From: Hydrolagus affinis
Taxonomy: Eukaryota
Length of the DNA stretch: 64,000 bases
Direction: 5' to 3'
Assembly: GCA_012026655.1 (NCBI GenBank)
Contig: JAAILG010000478.1
Location: 1-64,000, forward strand
A model generated the notes under the pieces. It was given only the letters and a program-made list of their open reading frames with translations. It had not been told where the DNA came from and did no database searches. How positions within the stretch are numbered: position 1 is the first letter of the stretch; every line of letters begins with the position of its first letter. Positions 61,076 to 64,000 of this stretch are shown piece by piece. A program made the translations under genes and the position numbers.

Positions 61076-62469
61076 ACACAATAAGCCAGTTACCGCACCG
61101 ATACAACACAAGGCGTTCACCATTTCATTACACAGTGACTGACAACTATCGCTGTGGCTGTATTCCATATCTGCAGCACACTTGTTTGTGACAAGTTTTT
61201 GAATAATCTCCCTTTGATTGCTCCTTTGCCTTCTTACATAATAAACTTGATCTCAGAATTCCAAATGCGGGTAAGCACAGGAATCAGGGCAGTGATTCCA
61301 GACCACTTCAGCATGGGGGACTTTTTTCAAAGTTGAATATGACCGAGAAAGAGGATCGTCATTTGAAACGGGTCCCATATGGACTGCTTTAAAAGCCAGC
61401 GAAGCGTGCTCACACATCTCTGCAGCTCAAGCACAAAAAGCCCACAACTGAAGTCGCACTATAATTCCACCTGACAGCCCAATTCCTAGAGCTGAGAGGG
61501 TTAGTCAGCAATAGGTTCTGTTTCGCTGGAGCGTAGTGGTTAATTATTTTATAATGGCCATAATACTCCTCCTTCCTGGATACATCACACTGCTAGTTTC
61601 AGATGCTGTAAGGCTCCAGCACACCATCTTGCATTTAATGTGACAAATCTACCCGATAGTAATAGATCATGTTTCATAATGGTCATTTTCCAGCTTTCTG
61701 TGTAGGCAGAACATCAGTGAAATGTCTAAAAATAGCCCAGCGGTACGAAATCCTAAATGAAGTATTTCATTATGCTGGGAGAAGTCTGCCTGAAAGCTGT
61801 CAACGCCATTAACCACAGAACTGTCAACAGTGACACTGTGGCAACTGCAGACTAATGATACCCTGACTGCATTGCAGATATAATTACAGCCTGGCGATGG
61901 CTGCTCTCACAATTGATTTTAATTGGAGAAAAAAATCCAATCTTTATGTTACGTTCCACGCAGTCGTGTTAATCTTAACCCCGCACCCCACCACCCCATC
62001 CTCCAACACAGACACACCTTCACCATAGATTGCATTGATATGCAGAGAATGGTAAGAATTTTATAAATGAGATAGCAGGAGAAATACCAGAGGCAAGGGT
62101 TTGGTCTGAAGGGAAGTGAAGACTTAACCCCATTAACATCATGAATGAAGGCAGATAAAGGAAGCTGTGAAAGCTCAAGGTATACAGCTTCTGGCTCTTG
62201 ACACTTTTACCCCCAGGGTTCTGAAACATTTAGCTCAGGTGATTGCCAGTTCTGTCACAGGTATCTTCATACCAGATGCAGGGCAAATTCAAGAAGATTG
62301 GAAAACAGCAAAGCAATTCGCATCTTTAATAAAGGGACTATAAAACTGCAAACTACAATCAAGTCTTGCAATCGAACGTAGGAAGAGTTTGAAACTTGGG
62401 AGAGAGATAGGATAAGAACTTTGAGACGCTCAGGTTAATCAGACACTGGCAGCAAATTGAAGGCCACGA

Positions 62470-62890
62470 TCAACAGATCTATTGGATTTCTTCGAGAAAG
62501 TTACAGACTTATTGGATCGAGACAGGGCAATGGATGAGATGAACGTGAAATTATCACACACAAGCGATGTGCCAATGAAAAAAGCCCTTTAACCAATTCG
62601 ATTAACTTTCCAATTTTCTCCTGAGAGGACCAGTCTTTTTTGTAGTAAAACCAGATTAGCAAATGGTTATTTGGTAAACAAGGGGAGGTGTGCCACAAGG
62701 GTTGACAGTAGAACTCATATTATTTATGGTTTTCGTGAATAACTGGGAGCCGGGTATCTTGTTGAGATTTCCAAATTTTCACTAAATTAGGAGGAGTGAT
62801 AACTGATAAGTAATAACTTGCACAAATTCAGAGAAGCTGAGCATGTTGGCGGATAGTTATTAAAGTTATGAGATTTGGCAGAGGACAGGA
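62470..62890 (+). mobile_element. Old CR1 reverse-transcriptase relic
   Basis: Translates in pieces to TDLLDFFEKVTDLLDRDRAMD and GGVPQGLTVELILFMVFVNN, resembling CR1 RT motifs TNLLEFFEEVT...VD and SGVPQGSVLGP.LF..YINDL. Confidence 0.75.
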
Positions 62891-64000
62891 TAGCATTACA
62901 ACAACAAATTACATTTGTATAGCACCTCTAGTATCAATCCATCCAATAGGACACAAATGTAATGTAAGGATTCTGTTGACATAAATATTTGCCATTAGTG
63001 ACATTTCGGCACTCCTCCCCCCAATATTCTTCACTTAAAAGCTTTGTTTGGTTCTAATGCCCTTTATGAATCGCGCGCAAATGCACAGGGAGCCTCACTA
63101 TTAATGCTGAGAACCAAAGTTCAATGCCCCTTCAATGCGGCTCACCAGCAGGGTAGCTAAGTGACCTTCAATAGCACAGCATTAGCCGGAACAGTGGCAT
63201 TTTTTTAAACTGCTGTATTTAATGAGGTCACAGCCTGCTCTCATGTTATTTGTCTGCAAAAGATAGGTAAGTGCCTATAGACCACATACTGTTTTTCTAC
63301 CTCTAGAAATGACTTCTCATGTTGCACACCAGCCTATTATTTCCAATGTGCCAATCTCTACATTGTATCTTTTAACAATGACTGGCAATATCACAGTCTC
63401 ATTATTTGACAGATATTGGCACAATTGTATTTGGGCTTCAAAACAATAATACAAAAAAATTAAAGTAACTGATGGAATTCATCTTCCCACGAACAGGGAC
63501 TGTCAGAATAGAATATTGTACGAGGCAGAATGGAAGTTAAATCTTTTCTTATTTTCAATATACATATATTGGCATAATCAACTCTTCTTGTCTCTACTTC
63601 AGGTCTCCTCTTTCCTCGGCAGACGTACCAGTGACACGAAAAGTTACTACTCTCAATTCATTTAGCAGTGGAGGACAGTCCTGAGTGTCCAAATCTGGCA
63701 TTCTTAGCCTCAACCCCTCCTTCTCCAATCCCATTAGAATTCCCATTTACTTGGTGTCGCTTTCCTCCAGAAGCAGATCATTTCAAAGTTGAGATCCTAT
63801 GAGTTGGTGCAACACACTTCTGGTTTACTGAAAAATACTTGCCACTTGGATTCCTTAAGGGAATCCCGTTAAGAAATACCGCAAACTAGACTCCAGTTTC
63901 TTCTGTGGTCCCTGTGAAAACCACTTCGCATTATCTCTATTGAAGCTGTTCGCTCCACATACTGTATATAAGTTCCTCCTCTCTGTTACTAACCATATTG

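Noticed and set aside
1-64000. Prokaryotic-type systems (operons, CRISPR arrays, defence loci)
   Set aside because: The sequence is a spliced vertebrate gene with SINEs and LINEs. There are no long ORFs or regularly spaced repeat-spacer arrays.

Overview
This is vertebrate genomic DNA, most likely from a cartilaginous fish (chimaera- or shark-like; inferred only from the repeat families). No prokaryotic features are present. The window covers roughly the 3' half of one minus-strand gene, KIAA0586/TALPID3 (centriolar ciliogenesis protein). I traced 14 GT-AG exons from 58826 down to 8301 that splice phase-to-phase into a stop-free frame of 2106 nt (about 700 aa), plus weaker candidate C-terminal exons. 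The 5' exons lie beyond 64000, and the true terminal exon was not found and may lie left of position 1. The introns (largest 20.8 kb, 36158-56950) are dense in tRNA-head SINEs and DeuSINE-type SINEs with L2-type tails, L2 and CR1 LINE fragments, and small DNA-transposon derivatives (hAT, Tigger/pogo, mariner-like). The least explained structures are three long inverted duplications (72, 123 and about 125 bp arms) of apparently non-TE sequence that each bracket SINE remnants, a palindromic Tigger derivative, an unnamed long-TIR repeat family, and several repeat-free blocks that look like enhancers. The sequence alone does not demonstrate a new biological system. Protein comparisons are from recalled human TALPID3 sequence, not from a database search.
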